Assembly: GCA_042218075.1 (NCBI GenBank)
Contig: JBDGRK010000005.1
Coordinates: 36,716-100,715, forward strand
Direction of reading: 5' to 3'
Source: Candidatus Nanohaloarchaea archaeon
GTDB taxonomy: Archaea; Nanohalarchaeota; Nanosalinia; Nanosalinales; Nanosalinaceae
Length of the DNA: 64,000 nucleotides
Numbering within the stretch: the first letter of the stretch is position 1; each line of letters begins with the position of its first letter. A program made the translations under genes and the position numbers. Shown here piece by piece: positions 1 through 11,500 of this stretch. The notes beneath the pieces were generated by a model. The model was not told the origin of the DNA, searched no databases, and worked only from the letters and a program-made list of their open reading frames with translations.

Positions 1-56
1 GAAGGAAAGACAGAATAATAGCCAAATAATTTTATTCTCTTCAACAAATCAGTGAC

Positions 57-1502
57 ATGCGGAAACTTCTGGTTCTGTGGGTACTGGGTCTACTAATCAC
101 AGTGCCGATAGCCGCGCAAGGTCAGAACAGTTACCCTGATTGCAGCGAAGGTGAGGTGATCCTGGAGCCTCTGGATGGATCAACCACGTCCGACTATCCA
201 GCGGAATTCAGGGGCTGTATAAAGTCGGGAGATGATATAGACAGGATATACACCATCGTGAAACAGACCGATAGGCTTGGTTCGACGATTCCGAAAACTT
301 CTGAACACGGAGTCCTTTACCAGGACACACGTTTCTCCAGTGATCTATCAGGATACTGTACTGGAGAGGGATGCAGTATCGGGAACCAGAAACTTTCGCT
401 CGAAAAAGATGGCGATCAGATAGGAGTTAAGCTGAAGCTGAACGGGGGAAAAAGTATTAAAGACGGGGTTGTGATGACGGAGGCCGTTTTGATACCCAAC
501 GAGAAAATCCCTCTTGGCGGAAAACCTCTTGAAGAGAAGATGCGGGCGGCCTGTGGAAAAAAGGGTAGTGAGTGTATTGATGGCGCGGAAAACTCATACG
601 ACAGGGCAACCCTCAGGGTGGGAGGAAGCAGTTTCAAATGGGGAAGCAGATTTACCGTAAGACCGGGAATGACAATCGACCTGAGTCAGGGAAATACGGG
701 ATGTTCTGGAACTCTTGATGTAACTTCCTCAGCAAACTATGTACACCTGAAGTTCAATTCGAAGGTGGTCAGGCTGACAGACAAGGTGCATGCCCCGGAC
801 CAGGATATGCCCAGGCTGGGAGAGAACCGTATATTAAGTGGCGAGGTAACAGGAGGAGTCAAGGTAACACATCACGAATCCGGCGAGGGAACGACTGCAG
901 ATATAACTCTGGAGTGTATTAAAGAGGAGAAGAGTAGTTCGGGAAGGTTTCTTGAGCTGAGCAGAGGAGAGGTCACGCTGGGACAGAAAATTACGATAAG
1001 AGTCAAGAACACCGATGCAGAGCAGCTGAAGAACGGCTGGAAGGTTCTTGTGAAAAATCCTGGAGGCAAGAGAGTTGGACCGACAACAGGCTGGAGTCCA
1101 GAGAAGATTGAGTTTTCACCCCGGAAAACGGGAAGCTACAGTGTGATGCTGAAGGAAAAGCCGGGCACTCTGAGGAGATTCTTCGCGATGATCAATCCCT
1201 GGGCAAGTATAGATACTATTGAAAAGGCCGGGTTTAGCGTGAGCGGGGACTACCGGATCCTTAAGGCCTGTCCTGTGGAGGAGGGCTCTTCAGCTGTTAA
1301 GAGCTGTCTTGAAAATAAGTGCGGCGGGAATATACCCAGGAGCTATGCATCAGTGAAGCAGAAATCACCTGAATGCAGGAAACTTGTCGGCTCTGCATGT
1401 TCGTACGCTGTAACATCGGTAGGGATAGAAAGCAGCAGTGTTGCGGCGTGCGACGCTTTATCGAACTGGAAGGCCAGGAAGGGAGGTGGAGGCTCTGAAT
1501 AA
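57..1502 (+). CDS. Secreted/surface Cys-rich hypothetical protein
   Basis: N-terminal signal peptide (MRKLLVLWVLGLLITVPIAA), many Cys, 481 aa ORF; no recognised family. Confidence 0.75.
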   Translation: MRKLLVLWVLGLLITVPIAAQGQNSYPDCSEGEVILEPLDGSTTSDYPAEFRGCIKSGDDIDRIYTIVKQTDRLGSTIPKTSEHGVLYQDTRFSSDLSGYCTGEGCSIGNQKLSLEKDGDQIGVKLKLNGGKSIKDGVVMTEAVLIPNEKIPLGGKPLEEKMRAACGKKGSECIDGAENSYDRATLRVGGSSFKWGSRFTVRPGMTIDLSQGNTGCSGTLDVTSSANYVHLKFNSKVVRLTDKVHAPDQDMPRLGENRILSGEVTGGVKVTHHESGEGTTADITLECIKEEKSSSGRFLELSRGEVTLGQKITIRVKNTDAEQLKNGWKVLVKNPGGKRVGPTTGWSPEKIEFSPRKTGSYSVMLKEKPGTLRRFFAMINPWASIDTIEKAGFSVSGDYRILKACPVEEGSSAVKSCLENKCGGNIPRSYASVKQKSPECRKLVGSACSYAVTSVGIESSSVAACDALSNWKARKGGGGSE

Positions 1503-1746
1503 GACCATGGGACTGCTGATCGCGGCCACGGCAATACTAATGGCCGGCCTCCTGATTCTCACAGTATTCAACAGCCGGATAGGCCTGTTCGGAGAGCAGG
1601 CAGACACCGCAAAGAAGGACATCGGATGCCAGAAGTATAACAAGAGGTATGTTCAGGGTGGAAACCCGGAGTCGATTACAGGCCAGTGCTCAAGCGGTCC
1701 ACAGCTCCAGAAGAAACGCAATGTCTACCAGGCTCTGGGCGATTAA
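1486..1746 (+). CDS. Small membrane-anchored, possibly pilin-like protein
   Basis: Probable GTG start at 1486; N-terminal hydrophobic helix (MGLLIAATAILMAGLLILTVF) and two Cys; overlaps the end of the upstream ORF. Confidence 0.55.
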   Translation: MEALNKTMGLLIAATAILMAGLLILTVFNSRIGLFGEQADTAKKDIGCQKYNKRYVQGGNPESITGQCSSGPQLQKKRNVYQALGD

Positions 1747-2444
1747 CCTAGAATCTCAGCAGACCTTTCCTTCTCCTCACTCAGTATGGACCCCAGCTCC
1801 TCGGAATCGTTCCGGGCCAGGGCCAGCCTGTAACGCTTTGAACGGGAGTAGAGTCTTTTATCTATGGTCTCAGGATCCAACTTTCTATCGCTCAGGATTA
1901 CTTTCTCTTCCCTTATTTCGCCTATTTCATCCACTTCAGCCCTGAATTCCCTCCGGTAATCTAAACTGGAACAGATCAAGCTGATAGACTTGGGAAACCT
2001 TACCTCTTGGCCTGATCTGCTGTAAATTCTGGGCTCCACGCCGAAAGAATCAGCGAGCAGAACACTAAATCTCTCGGCCAGTGAGCGCTCAGGGGTGTAG
2101 TAAACAGGTACTCCATCACTATTGGTTGAGACTGAAACCTCTAGACGGGTGAGAAATTCCCGGGAGACTTCTATCGGTAAATCAGTGTAGATCAGTTCAC
2201 TCCTACCTCCTGCCTTGAAGCCCTTTATCCTGGCTCCATCTTCCAGGAATTCTCTCACCAGTGATGCAGGAATCGACAGCTCCTTGTTTCTCCAGTTGTA
2301 GAGCCTTGATCTATCAAATCCATAGGATTCTGCAACCGGGCCTATACCCCTATCCTCGACTTTCTCCCAGAACAGTCTCTTTCCTTCCTCCGTGAGCTTC
2401 AGTCTGATGTCATCGGGAATCTCTCCCAGTCCTATCTCTTTCAT
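1743..2444 (-). CDS. Hypothetical protein with HTH-like segment, possibly a degenerate LAGLIDADG-associated protein
   Basis: 233 aa ORF; GFDRSRLYNWR HTH-like motif followed by LPIEVSREF, which resembles the segment preceding LAGLIDADG helices. Confidence 0.5.
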   Translation of the reverse strand: MKEIGLGEIPDDIRLKLTEEGKRLFWEKVEDRGIGPVAESYGFDRSRLYNWRNKELSIPASLVREFLEDGARIKGFKAGGRSELIYTDLPIEVSREFLTRLEVSVSTNSDGVPVYYTPERSLAERFSVLLADSFGVEPRIYSRSGQEVRFPKSISLICSSLDYRREFRAEVDEIGEIREEKVILSDRKLDPETIDKRLYSRSKRYRLALARNDSEELGSILSEEKERSAEILG

Positions 2445-2510
2445 CTATAATCAGCTATGAAAGATGTCTTTTTAAGAGTAAAGTTGAATTTCAAGTTAAG
2501 GTAGATCAAG

Positions 2511-2828
2511 ATGGAACTAGTTTACGCAGCACTGACACTTCACGAGGCAGGAAAGGAAGTCAACGAGGAAAACCTCCAGTCTATAGTAGATGCAGCCGAT
2601 CTTGATGTAGAAGATACAGAGATCAAGGCAATAGTCGCGGCCCTGGAAGATGTTGATATAGAAGACGCGATGGAGACAGCGGTCGCAGGAGGAGCAGCAC
2701 CTGCAGCATCGGGAGGTTCAACTGAGGAAGACTCAGAAGAAGCTGAAGAAGAGGAAGCAGATGAAGAGCCTGAGGACGAAGGAGCAGACGAGGAAGAAGC
2801 CGCTGAAGGACTGGGCGATCTTTTCTGA
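2511..2828 (+). CDS. rpl12: 50S ribosomal stalk protein P1/L12
   Basis: MELVYAALTLHEAGKEVNEENL N-terminus, Ala/Glu linker, C-terminal GLGDLF. Confidence 0.97.
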   Translation: MELVYAALTLHEAGKEVNEENLQSIVDAADLDVEDTEIKAIVAALEDVDIEDAMETAVAGGAAPAASGGSTEEDSEEAEEEEADEEPEDEGADEEEAAEGLGDLF

Positions 2829-2901
2829 CCCACATTTTAGCTTTTCTTTATTATCCAGCGGTTTCGAACAGGATAAAAAAATTCTCTGGGTATAGCTTAA
2901 C

Positions 2902-5691
2902 ATGCCCGCACTTGAAAAACTCAAGAAGGAGATCAAGGAAGAAGCATCGGAGAAACCGGATAAGTTCTTCGCGACGGAGATACTGAGGCAGCAGGGATAC
3001 AAGAGGTCGGAGTGCTCCAGCTGCGGTATCTACTTCTGGAGCAGAGATGAGAGCAGGGAAGTATGCGGTGAACCTGACTGTTCCGGCGGATACACTTTCA
3101 TCGGGGATTCTCCCACGGAAGAGAAATTGACCCATGCAGAGAGCTGGAAGCTTTTCTCCGATTTCATGGAACAGAGAGGATATAGCTCCATCGACCGCTA
3201 CCCTGTGATAGCAAGGTGGAGAGATGACGTTGAGTTCACAGGCGCATCCATCTACTGCTTCCAGCCGTATGTTGTTTCAGGGGAGGCCGAGCCTCCCGCA
3301 GATGAGCTGGTGATACCGCAGCCCAGCCTGAGGTTTAATGACGTTGACAACGTAGGTATTACAGGCAGGCATTACACCAACTTTACCATGATAGGCCAGA
3401 CCTGCTTCCAGCCCCCGGAGAAATACGACCGGGACCGCTACTTCCGCGACATGATGGATTTTACCTCTGAAGCGCTGGGTATACCGGAGGAGAAGATGAT
3501 CTTCCACGAGGAGGCGTGGGGTGGAGGGGGAAACCTGGGGCCATGCATGGAGTGCTTTGTGGATGGGTTGGAGCTGTGGAACCAGGTCTACATGCTCTAC
3601 GAGATCACACCTGAGGGATACCAGGAGCTGGATCTCCAGGTGCTGGACATGGGTATGGGCCACGAAAGGATCACCTGGATTTCAAGAGGAACGGAGACCT
3701 CTTACGAGAGCGTGATGCCGGAGACCCTGGAAAGGATGAAGCAGCGAACGGGAATAGAGGTTGACAGAGAAGTGTGGGAGAAATTTCTCCCGTACTCCTC
3801 CTACCTCAATATAGATGAGGTCGAAGATATCGAGGAAGAATGGAAAAAAGTTGCAAAAGAGATGGATATGGAAGTTGAAGAACTGAAAGATGAGATAAAA
3901 CCTGTGGCGGCACTCTACTCTATCGCTGAACACGCCCGAGCATTACTCTTCGCCCTGGCCGATGGCAAGCTTCCCTCAAACACGGGTGGAGGCCACAACC
4001 TCAGGATGGTCTACAGGAGAGCACAGGATTTCATCGAAAAATATGAATGGGATCTTGAAATGGGAGAGGTTGCGGAGTGGAATGCGGAGGAGCTGGAGCA
4101 AATATTCCCTGAACTCCTGGAGTCTATAGATGAGGTGAGGGAGATACTCCAGATAGAGCAGGAAAAGTACAGGAAAGCAAGGAGAAAAGCTCGGCAGAAA
4201 CTTGATGAAGTCGACTCCCAGCCCTCGCTGGAGAAGATGGTAGAGCTCTACGAATCGCATGGTGTCTCTCCCAAGATGATGGAAGACCGCGGCTTCAGTG
4301 TACCGGAGGATTTCTACGCCAAGGTCGCATCGGAGGATGAGTCGAAAGTGGAGGGGGAGGAAAAATTCGATCTTGAGGGAGTGGAGGATACAGAACTGCT
4401 CTTCTATGGAGATGAAACCCGGAAGGAGATGGAGGCGGAAGTTGTCGCGACCAGGAGAGAATGGGTTGTGCTGGACAGGACGGTCTTCTACCCTGAGGGA
4501 GGAGGACAGGAAGCTGATAGAGGAAAGATTATTCACGAAGGAGAAAGTTACAGGGTTTCAGATGTACAGAAGCAGGGAGGAGTTGTACTCCACAGAGTTC
4601 CCGGTCATGGGCTGGAGAAAGGAGATAGAATCGAGGGAAGCATAGAGTGGGAGAGGAGGAGACAGCTGATGCAGCACCACTCAACGACTCATATGGTGAA
4701 CGGAGCTTCAGTTGAGCTTCTTGGGGATCATGTATACCAGGCCGGAGCGCACAAGACGGTGGAGAAAGCAAGGCTGGACATCACTCACTACGAGAAGCTT
4801 TCAAGGCAGGAGCTGGACAGTATCGAAGAAAAGGTAAGATCGATGATCTGGAACGACCTGGATATTGAGAAAGAGGTGCTGGAGAAGTCAGCTGCGGAGC
4901 AGAGGCACGGTTTCAGGATATACCAGGGAGGCGCTCCGCCAGGAGATGAAGTCAGGATAGTCAAGATTCTGGACGAGGGAGGGATAGTGGACGTGGAGGC
5001 GTGCGGAGGTACACACCTTGACTCGACTTCAGAGGCAGAAGATTTCATTATTGTCGGCAGCAACAAGGTGCAGGATGGAGTTATCAGACTTAATTATAGG
5101 GCCGGAGAGGCCGCGAGGCAGTACCTGAACCGGATCGAGAGCAGGATAGAAGAAATATCTGAAATGCTCGGGTTTGAAGAACCAGACAATCACAGGCAGG
5201 CAGAGAGAGAGCTAGAAGAAGTTTTCTCAGTGGATGCGGATAATCTTGTGTCGACCCTCGAAAACTTCAGGCAGGAAAACGAGGAGCTGGCCCACCGGAT
5301 AAAGAAACTTGCAGATTATCTTGAGAGAGGTGCAGAGATACCGGAAATAGATGGAGAAACCCTGATCGAAAGAGCGGAAAGCCTGTTTGAAACGAGAAAG
5401 CAGAGGGAGAAAAAACTTGAAGAACTTGAGTCAGGTCTGGAGCAGAAGCTGAAAGACGAAATGGTTGACCGTGTGATTGAGGAGGAAATACCCACGGAGA
5501 ATATCGGTCTGCTGATACAGCTGGCGAGGGAACTGGCGAGAGACTACCAGGCCTCTGTGACCCTAGTCGGGGAGGAAGGTGCTGTCTCAGCCTCCTACCA
5601 CGAGGATTTCGATGCCGATCTCAACCTTGAGAAGTACTCCGACAGTGTGGAAGGAGATGAAAACTTAGCAAAGGCTTTCGACATTCAGTAG
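2902..5691 (+). CDS. alaS: Alanine--tRNA ligase (archaeal type)
   Basis: RYPVIARWRDD, QPSLRFNDVDNVGITGRH, editing-domain motifs HSTTH and CGGTH. Confidence 0.97.
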   Translation: MPALEKLKKEIKEEASEKPDKFFATEILRQQGYKRSECSSCGIYFWSRDESREVCGEPDCSGGYTFIGDSPTEEKLTHAESWKLFSDFMEQRGYSSIDRYPVIARWRDDVEFTGASIYCFQPYVVSGEAEPPADELVIPQPSLRFNDVDNVGITGRHYTNFTMIGQTCFQPPEKYDRDRYFRDMMDFTSEALGIPEEKMIFHEEAWGGGGNLGPCMECFVDGLELWNQVYMLYEITPEGYQELDLQVLDMGMGHERITWISRGTETSYESVMPETLERMKQRTGIEVDREVWEKFLPYSSYLNIDEVEDIEEEWKKVAKEMDMEVEELKDEIKPVAALYSIAEHARALLFALADGKLPSNTGGGHNLRMVYRRAQDFIEKYEWDLEMGEVAEWNAEELEQIFPELLESIDEVREILQIEQEKYRKARRKARQKLDEVDSQPSLEKMVELYESHGVSPKMMEDRGFSVPEDFYAKVASEDESKVEGEEKFDLEGVEDTELLFYGDETRKEMEAEVVATRREWVVLDRTVFYPEGGGQEADRGKIIHEGESYRVSDVQKQGGVVLHRVPGHGLEKGDRIEGSIEWERRRQLMQHHSTTHMVNGASVELLGDHVYQAGAHKTVEKARLDITHYEKLSRQELDSIEEKVRSMIWNDLDIEKEVLEKSAAEQRHGFRIYQGGAPPGDEVRIVKILDEGGIVDVEACGGTHLDSTSEAEDFIIVGSNKVQDGVIRLNYRAGEAARQYLNRIESRIEEISEMLGFEEPDNHRQAERELEEVFSVDADNLVSTLENFRQENEELAHRIKKLADYLERGAEIPEIDGETLIERAESLFETRKQREKKLEELESGLEQKLKDEMVDRVIEEEIPTENIGLLIQLARELARDYQASVTLVGEEGAVSASYHEDFDADLNLEKYSDSVEGDENLAKAFDIQ

Positions 5692-6296
5692 CTCCTGTCA
5701 GCAGAAGTTCCCGGACACCCGATGCCGTGGAAAGAAGCCTGGTTCCCGACCGCGTCTACTCTTATAGTTCCGTCACCCTTCATGACTTTGGAAGTCTCTC
5801 CAATCTTCTCACCGTTCCTGAAGACTTCCAGCACCACTCTCGCCTCTTTGACTGTTGTTACTTCGGCGACTGTCTGTCCTCCTTCAGCTGTTACGGAATA
5901 CATTTTCACTCCGACGCACTGTTTCTCCGGCTCTGTAACCTGGGACTGCTGTAGAAGGTAACCTGACCCTGCCACCACCACTAGAATGATCAGTATAGCA
6001 AGGTGTTTCAAACCGAGTCTAGAAAGCAGGTTGCCACCCAAAAAACCAGGAAAGTCAAGGTCAAGCCTTTCCGATTTCCCTCCTGCCGAATCATCCTCCT
6101 CTTCTTCGACCTGGCTGTCATTTCCGGAAAATTCGAATGGGTCTTCCTCAACTTCTTTTCCATTGAATGGCGCCTTTACTTCCTCCAATATAGAGGGATC
6201 ATGTCCGGTGTTCTCAAGAGAGTTCTTTATTCTTTCCTCATCAACACCTTCATCGAGCTTGTCCTCGACCCATTCTCTGATTTTTTCCTCCGACAT
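5685..6296 (-). CDS. Single-pass membrane hypothetical protein
   Basis: Acidic N-terminal domain, central TM helix (LAILIILVVVAGSGYLL), beta-rich C-terminus. Confidence 0.7.
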   Translation of the reverse strand: MSEEKIREWVEDKLDEGVDEERIKNSLENTGHDPSILEEVKAPFNGKEVEEDPFEFSGNDSQVEEEEDDSAGGKSERLDLDFPGFLGGNLLSRLGLKHLAILIILVVVAGSGYLLQQSQVTEPEKQCVGVKMYSVTAEGGQTVAEVTTVKEARVVLEVFRNGEKIGETSKVMKGDGTIRVDAVGNQASFHGIGCPGTSADRSY

Positions 6297-6329
6297 GATT
6301 CTTTATTGTAAGAGGTGACTAAAAAAGCT

Positions 6330-6836
6330 CTACAGGCACTTCGCCGAAACTCCGCCGCCCTGGAGACTCCTGAAGCTGTTGCAGACGGCATCGGAAACTG
6401 TAGAAACTGTTACATTCTCCGGTTGTGCGGTGCCTCTTGCGCCCAAAACTAGAACAGATGGAAACTCAGCTATTCCATACTGTATCATCAGATCGGATCC
6501 CTCAGATGAGTTGACAAGGCTGACGTAGACCCTGTCCCCGAACTTCTGGCTCACCTGCCTCAACTGCTGAAGCTCCTGCCTCTGCTGATCTGTCTCGTAG
6601 TATGCGTTGACGAAAACAACATCGTGGTATCTCACAAGAGCATTCACTTCTCTCACGTCCATGCCCAGGCCTCCGGTCCTGAAGTTTTTCGATGGCAGCG
6701 AAGCGTTGAATTCTTCCTGGCTGCTACCGCCTCCTCCACCTGTTATCCCGGCGTAGCTCGCGATTCCTCCGAAGGCAAAACCACCTCCTATAAGCAGAGC
6801 AACCACAAATATTCCGTACTGGGTCCAGTCAGCCAT
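6330..6836 (-). CDS. Membrane-anchored thioredoxin-like fold protein (no CxxC)
   Basis: N-terminal TM helix; QYGIAEFPSVLV resembles the Trx cis-Pro loop; ATG start chosen at MADW. Confidence 0.55.
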   Translation of the reverse strand: MADWTQYGIFVVALLIGGGFAFGGIASYAGITGGGGGSSQEEFNASLPSKNFRTGGLGMDVREVNALVRYHDVVFVNAYYETDQQRQELQQLRQVSQKFGDRVYVSLVNSSEGSDLMIQYGIAEFPSVLVLGARGTAQPENVTVSTVSDAVCNSFRSLQGGGVSAKCL

Positions 6837-7009
6837 AATATCCCCTGTTTCCACAGAGATAAAAAAGACTGGCAGGAGAAGAGATGTATCAAAAACGAAG
6901 TTACCAGGAGATTAAAACAAATGAACGGAAAAGGCGGAAAAAGACTTAAGGAGAATTACAGCTGATTTTAGGCGATTGTTTAAAGTAAATTGGCATTAAT
7001 TTGTTTACT

Positions 7010-7408
7010 ATGATAGTAGGATTCAACGTTGACTCTCTGAATGCGGAGAGGAAAGAAGGCGGAAGTGGCGGAGACCTTAAAGTGAACTACAATCCAGAGA
7101 TAACTGAAATCGAGGAAGCCGAGGTATCTGCGATGGATGACAAGGTTGCGAAGATAAACTTCGAGTTTACAGTAAGTTATGACGTCGGAGATCACACCGA
7201 GGCAGAAATAGTACTTGAAGGAAATATCCTGTGGAAAGGCCATCTGGAAGAGATTATAGAGGAATGGGATGAGAACGAGGAACTGCCGGATGAAATCGAA
7301 GCACCACTGATGAACGATCTCTACAGGAAATGCATCTCACAGTCGGTCGGTATCGCTGACACACTTAACCTTCTCCCGCCGATACCCACACCGAGAATCG
7401 ACCGATAG
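7010..7408 (+). CDS. Conserved archaeal hypothetical protein
   Basis: Acidic ORF of about 132 aa ending LNLLPPIPTPRI; host-like composition. Confidence 0.7.
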   Translation: MIVGFNVDSLNAERKEGGSGGDLKVNYNPEITEIEEAEVSAMDDKVAKINFEFTVSYDVGDHTEAEIVLEGNILWKGHLEEIIEEWDENEELPDEIEAPLMNDLYRKCISQSVGIADTLNLLPPIPTPRIDR

Positions 7409-7492
7409 TTCCAGGTGTTCTAACCCAAATTTTTTAAAGCCTCAGCTTCAAACTTCGAAGGTCGGGGAGGGAAAAAGTCGTGATGATAAACT

Positions 7493-7972
7493 ATGTCGAG
7501 CTCTGCGAATCAGAATACGCCTCCTGAAGCTGATATCGAGACGGAGAGAAGAGCCGAAAGGTATGAAGATTTCGTGGACTACCTTCTCGATGAGGGAAGA
7601 GTATTCCCCGATAATAGAGAACTCCTGGAGAAACCATACAGTGAGATGGAGCCTGGTGAAAAGCTGGATGCGCTGGCCACGTTCTACAACGAAATTAGGG
7701 ATGCAAGAACTATCAGACAGGAATACACCGGAGCGGAGATCCTGGATTATCTGGAATCGATAATCGAATCACCTGAATCTATAGAGTCTGAAATAGGGGA
7801 AGCAGGCAGGAAAGATTTTGAGGATTTACCTGAGGTCGAGATCAAAAAGCAGATACAGCGAGAGACTGGAGGATACCCTGATGAAGAAAGTACTAGGCAT
7901 ACCACCCAAAGAATGGGTACCGGGGAAGATGGAGAATGGGTCCAGGTGTTCGGTATTCTTGACTGGGAATAA
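7493..7972 (+). CDS. Hypothetical acidic protein
   Basis: 159 aa ORF with acidic composition. Confidence 0.65.
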   Translation: MSSSANQNTPPEADIETERRAERYEDFVDYLLDEGRVFPDNRELLEKPYSEMEPGEKLDALATFYNEIRDARTIRQEYTGAEILDYLESIIESPESIESEIGEAGRKDFEDLPEVEIKKQIQRETGGYPDEESTRHTTQRMGTGEDGEWVQVFGILDWE

Positions 7973-8023
7973 AATAAACCGGGAATAATTGATAAACCGG
8001 TTTGATAAACAATCTACCCTGGA

Positions 8024-8047
8024 TTTGTTCGGGTTGAGCCGAACAAA
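8024..8047. terminator. Perfect 9-bp hairpin (possible terminator or regulatory site)
   Basis: TTTGTTCGG-GTTGAG-CCGAACAAA, about 50 nt downstream of the stop at 7972. Confidence 0.4.
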
Positions 8048-8178
8048 CCTGTTCTGAGAGATCTCTTTACTCTGTTCATAAATGTTCCAGCGATCTTTAT
8101 TTAGCTGAAAATCTGATTTAAGAAATTCCTAAGTCTGAAAAAGAGATTAAAAGAGTTTTTGAATTTGAAGGATTTTAC

Positions 8179-8227
8179 TGCTGTCAAAATTGCTGAAAAC
8201 TGCTGAAAACCACTTGATTTGCTGAAA
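8179..8227. repeat. Short direct repeats TGCTGAAA(AC) upstream of the S-layer promoter
   Basis: TGCTGAAAAC tandem at 8191-8210, TGCTGAAA at 8220, variant TGCTGTCAAAA at 8179. Confidence 0.55.
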
Positions 8228-8317
8228 GGACGATGCTAAACTATTCTAAATCCAGTAAGGCGATCCTAGAACCGTCCAAATCACCGCGTGAACGGTTAAA
8301 CAGCAGAAAAATCGTGG

Positions 8318-8561
8318 GGTTTAAAAAGGGTTGTACACTAATAGGGATACAAGGCCTAGCCCATGTGCTAGTGCTGACTGGGATCCCAGCCCATACTTAA
8401 CTATTCCCGCGCGAGGGAAGATAACTTTTTTCGGGAATCGGGATCCCGCGGAGGACTGAGCCCTCTCCGATACCGGTAACGGGTTCAAGGGAGCCTTCCC
8501 CCGAGGGCTTCACTCCAAAAAACAAAGAAAATCGGGTACACCACACAGGTGAATACACAAC
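8318..8561 (+). promoter_or_regulatory. S-layer promoter and long structured 5' UTR
   Basis: TTTAAAAA TATA-like box at about 8320; nested stems GGGATCCC(8380)/GGGATCCC(8440) and ATTCCCG(8403)/CGGGAAT(8432), further hairpins; SD AGGTGA before ATG 8562. Confidence 0.65.
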
Positions 8562-11500
8562 ATGAAGTCTATCAAAAAACTCAAGAACGCAGGAAAAGCT
8601 GTAGCAGGCTCTGCACTTCTCGTCGGGGCTACCCTGACAGGAGCGGCCGGCTTTGCTGCAGCACAGAGCGGTAACTCTTCCAGCATGACATTGGGAGACT
8701 ATCCGCAGCCGTTTGTAGATGACAACGGCGAAGTAGATTCCACAATTGTAGTGGGATCACAGGGAAAAGTTTCAGACGTAGTAGGAGCAATCAACGTTGC
8801 CGGATCACTCGGTAACTCAGCATTCATGGAAGAATCAGTTTCCGTGAGTGTCTCAGGAACAGGAGGAAGATGGAGTGCTTCAAACGGAGTAACTCTGGAC
8901 ACCACAAACGACGACCTGTTCTACGGTGACTCGATCAGCACAGTGAGGGACACCCTGACAGAGACAGACCTTCCAACACTCAAGGAACACACGTTCACGG
9001 ATGATGGAGGAACCGAGTACGACATCACACAGTACGTGAATGTTGACAACCAGGGAGTCCAATTCGGAAACAGTCCTGATGAACTCAACAACGAGGATCC
9101 AAAAGTTCACATCCCCGTACCGACAGAATCAGACGTAGATAACAACAACTACCTGATCAACCTACAGGCGAATATAGAAACGCTTAACTTCTCCGATTCG
9201 CAGGTACAGGGAGAAGAGATCAAACTCTTCGGCAAAACCTTTACACCTACAGAAAGCGACAACTCTGTAGGAGACAACGAACTGGTAATGTACGGTTCCA
9301 GCCAGACACTATCTCTATCCACAGGCAACTCAACCACAGTAACAGTTGGTGGAGAAGAAGTCACTCTGGGAGTAGAATCCGTAGACGCAGGTAGCGACAA
9401 CGCAGCTATCAGGGTCAACGGAGAAGTAAGCTCCGAATCAACAGAGGACACAATCAACGTCAACGGAGAAGAGATTAGAGTCGACGAGCTGATCAACACC
9501 GGAGCAACAGACAACGGAGAAGGAATCGTCAACTTCGAGATCGGATCAGAGAAGCTCTCCTTCCAGGATAACAGCGCAATCCAGGACGATAATGGAGACG
9601 ACATTGAAGGAACTTACGTCACCATCAACGGAGGAACGAGCTACTCGGTGGGTGACGGAGTCTCATCGATGACAATCTACCTGGGAAGTCAAGATGACAA
9701 TGACGATGCACTGACCTCTGGTGAGACGTTCAGTCACTCGATGTTTGGTGACTTTGAGGTTGACTTCGGCGGACTCAACCCTGACGCAGTCAATGGATCA
9801 GAATCCGTTTCAGAAATCGAGTACGGAACATCAGGAGGCGACACATCCACAGTGGATCTTACCTCCAGTGGAGAGCCAGCAAGTATAGGGTTCGCATACG
9901 ACAGCGACTCTGAAGATGGAAACACTGATTCCTCAGATTCAAGCTCCACAGGTCAGGGTAAAGGTCAGGGTAATTTTGATGCAGAACTTGCTGACTCCGA
10001 CGGAGACAATATAGTCGTGGATGAGTCGGCTGCAGTTGACGAAGAACAGTTTATCTCTTCCGATGCTGGAGACTTCGCTCACATGTGGGAGGTTTCCAAC
10101 ATCGACAGAGATGAAACCAGCAACATGGCCTCAGACGACGAGGCAACGATTGACCTGACGGATACGGTGACAGGTAACTCCGTTGAAGTAGAGCTAGAAG
10201 CTGTAGACGGTGGAGGAGACAACGACTTTAAAGACGGAGACACAGACCACTACGCCGGAACAGAGATCATCGACGGCCAGACCTACTACTTCGAGCTTGA
10301 AGGAGAGAGTGACACCGCAATCGAATCAGGAACACAGGACGGAGAATCAAGCAGCCAAGTAGCCGACTTCAGAATGGCCTGGGGTTCCGGGCTTTCAGAG
10401 AGCGATGCGACAGACTCCGGGAACACGGATCTTCCTTCGGGAAGCGTTAAGTCGCTCTACACACCTGTTGACACCAAATCCGGTTCAGCAGTAGCTGTAA
10501 CCGAACAGGTACAGGTAGCGAGCGACGCCTTCAACGACGCTAGCAACAGCTCGACACAGGGAGAGATCTACGATCAGGAGATCGAACTGCCAAGCACCGA
10601 ATCCACCGACGCGAAGAACGCGAGAGTATTCGTGCGGGAGACCGGAGATGGTGAAGCAAACACAGATTCCACACTCACATTGACAGTTGCAGGAACGAAC
10701 GAGACAGTAACCGCAGACGGTAGCAGTGTGGCTCAGGAATTCACCGTCGGACAGACTGTCTACACGGTTGACCTCGATTCAGTCGGTTCTTCAGGAGACA
10801 ACGATGGTGAGTCATTCAATATTGATGTAGGAGTTTCGAGCGACCAGACCGACGATGGTACTGGGGCAACCAGGTCCGCAGTTAGAACTAACCCAGCAGC
10901 CATCACAGTGCTTCCGGAAGACGACAACGACGAGGAGCACTCCTACGTCTCTGAGTACAGCGACAGAAGTGGTACAGATGGACTAGCCGTAGATGCAGCA
11001 ACTTACTCAGGAAGCAACAGGGACACTCAGTCACTTGAGAGCGACGATCAGACCACTGCAGGAGTCGACTTCTACGGAACCTACACTAAGCACGATTCGG
11101 ATGAAGAAGGAAGCTACATGCTCAGCATTCCGAACGGACAGTCGACAGCCGGAGTAGCGGTCACACAATCAGAAGGTGATCTTTCCGCTTCTGGCGGAGG
11201 AGGATCTGGTTCAGCAATGACCAAGAAGCCTACCGGATGGCCTGACGCCGCTGCACTTGACAGCGAAGTCTCTGGATCCGACAGGAACCAGAACCTTATC
11301 CTCGTAGGAGGACCAGCAGTCAACACACTGGTAGCAGAACTCGCCAACCAGAACATGACATGGAGCGGTGACCAGTACAGTCAGAACCAGTACCTACTGG
11401 ACCTGACAGAAGGATTCGACGGAGACGGCGGATCCAAGGCGCTCGTAGTCGCTGGTTACGGGAAGGCAGACACGAGAGCAGCAGCAAGCTACCTCTCCAA

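Noticed and set aside
2829-2901. Search for the same leader before alaS (and before the chorismate mutase operon at 30540-30626)
   Set aside because: No GGTGRA-KTT motif or uORF was seen, so the system does not cover every amino-acid gene here.
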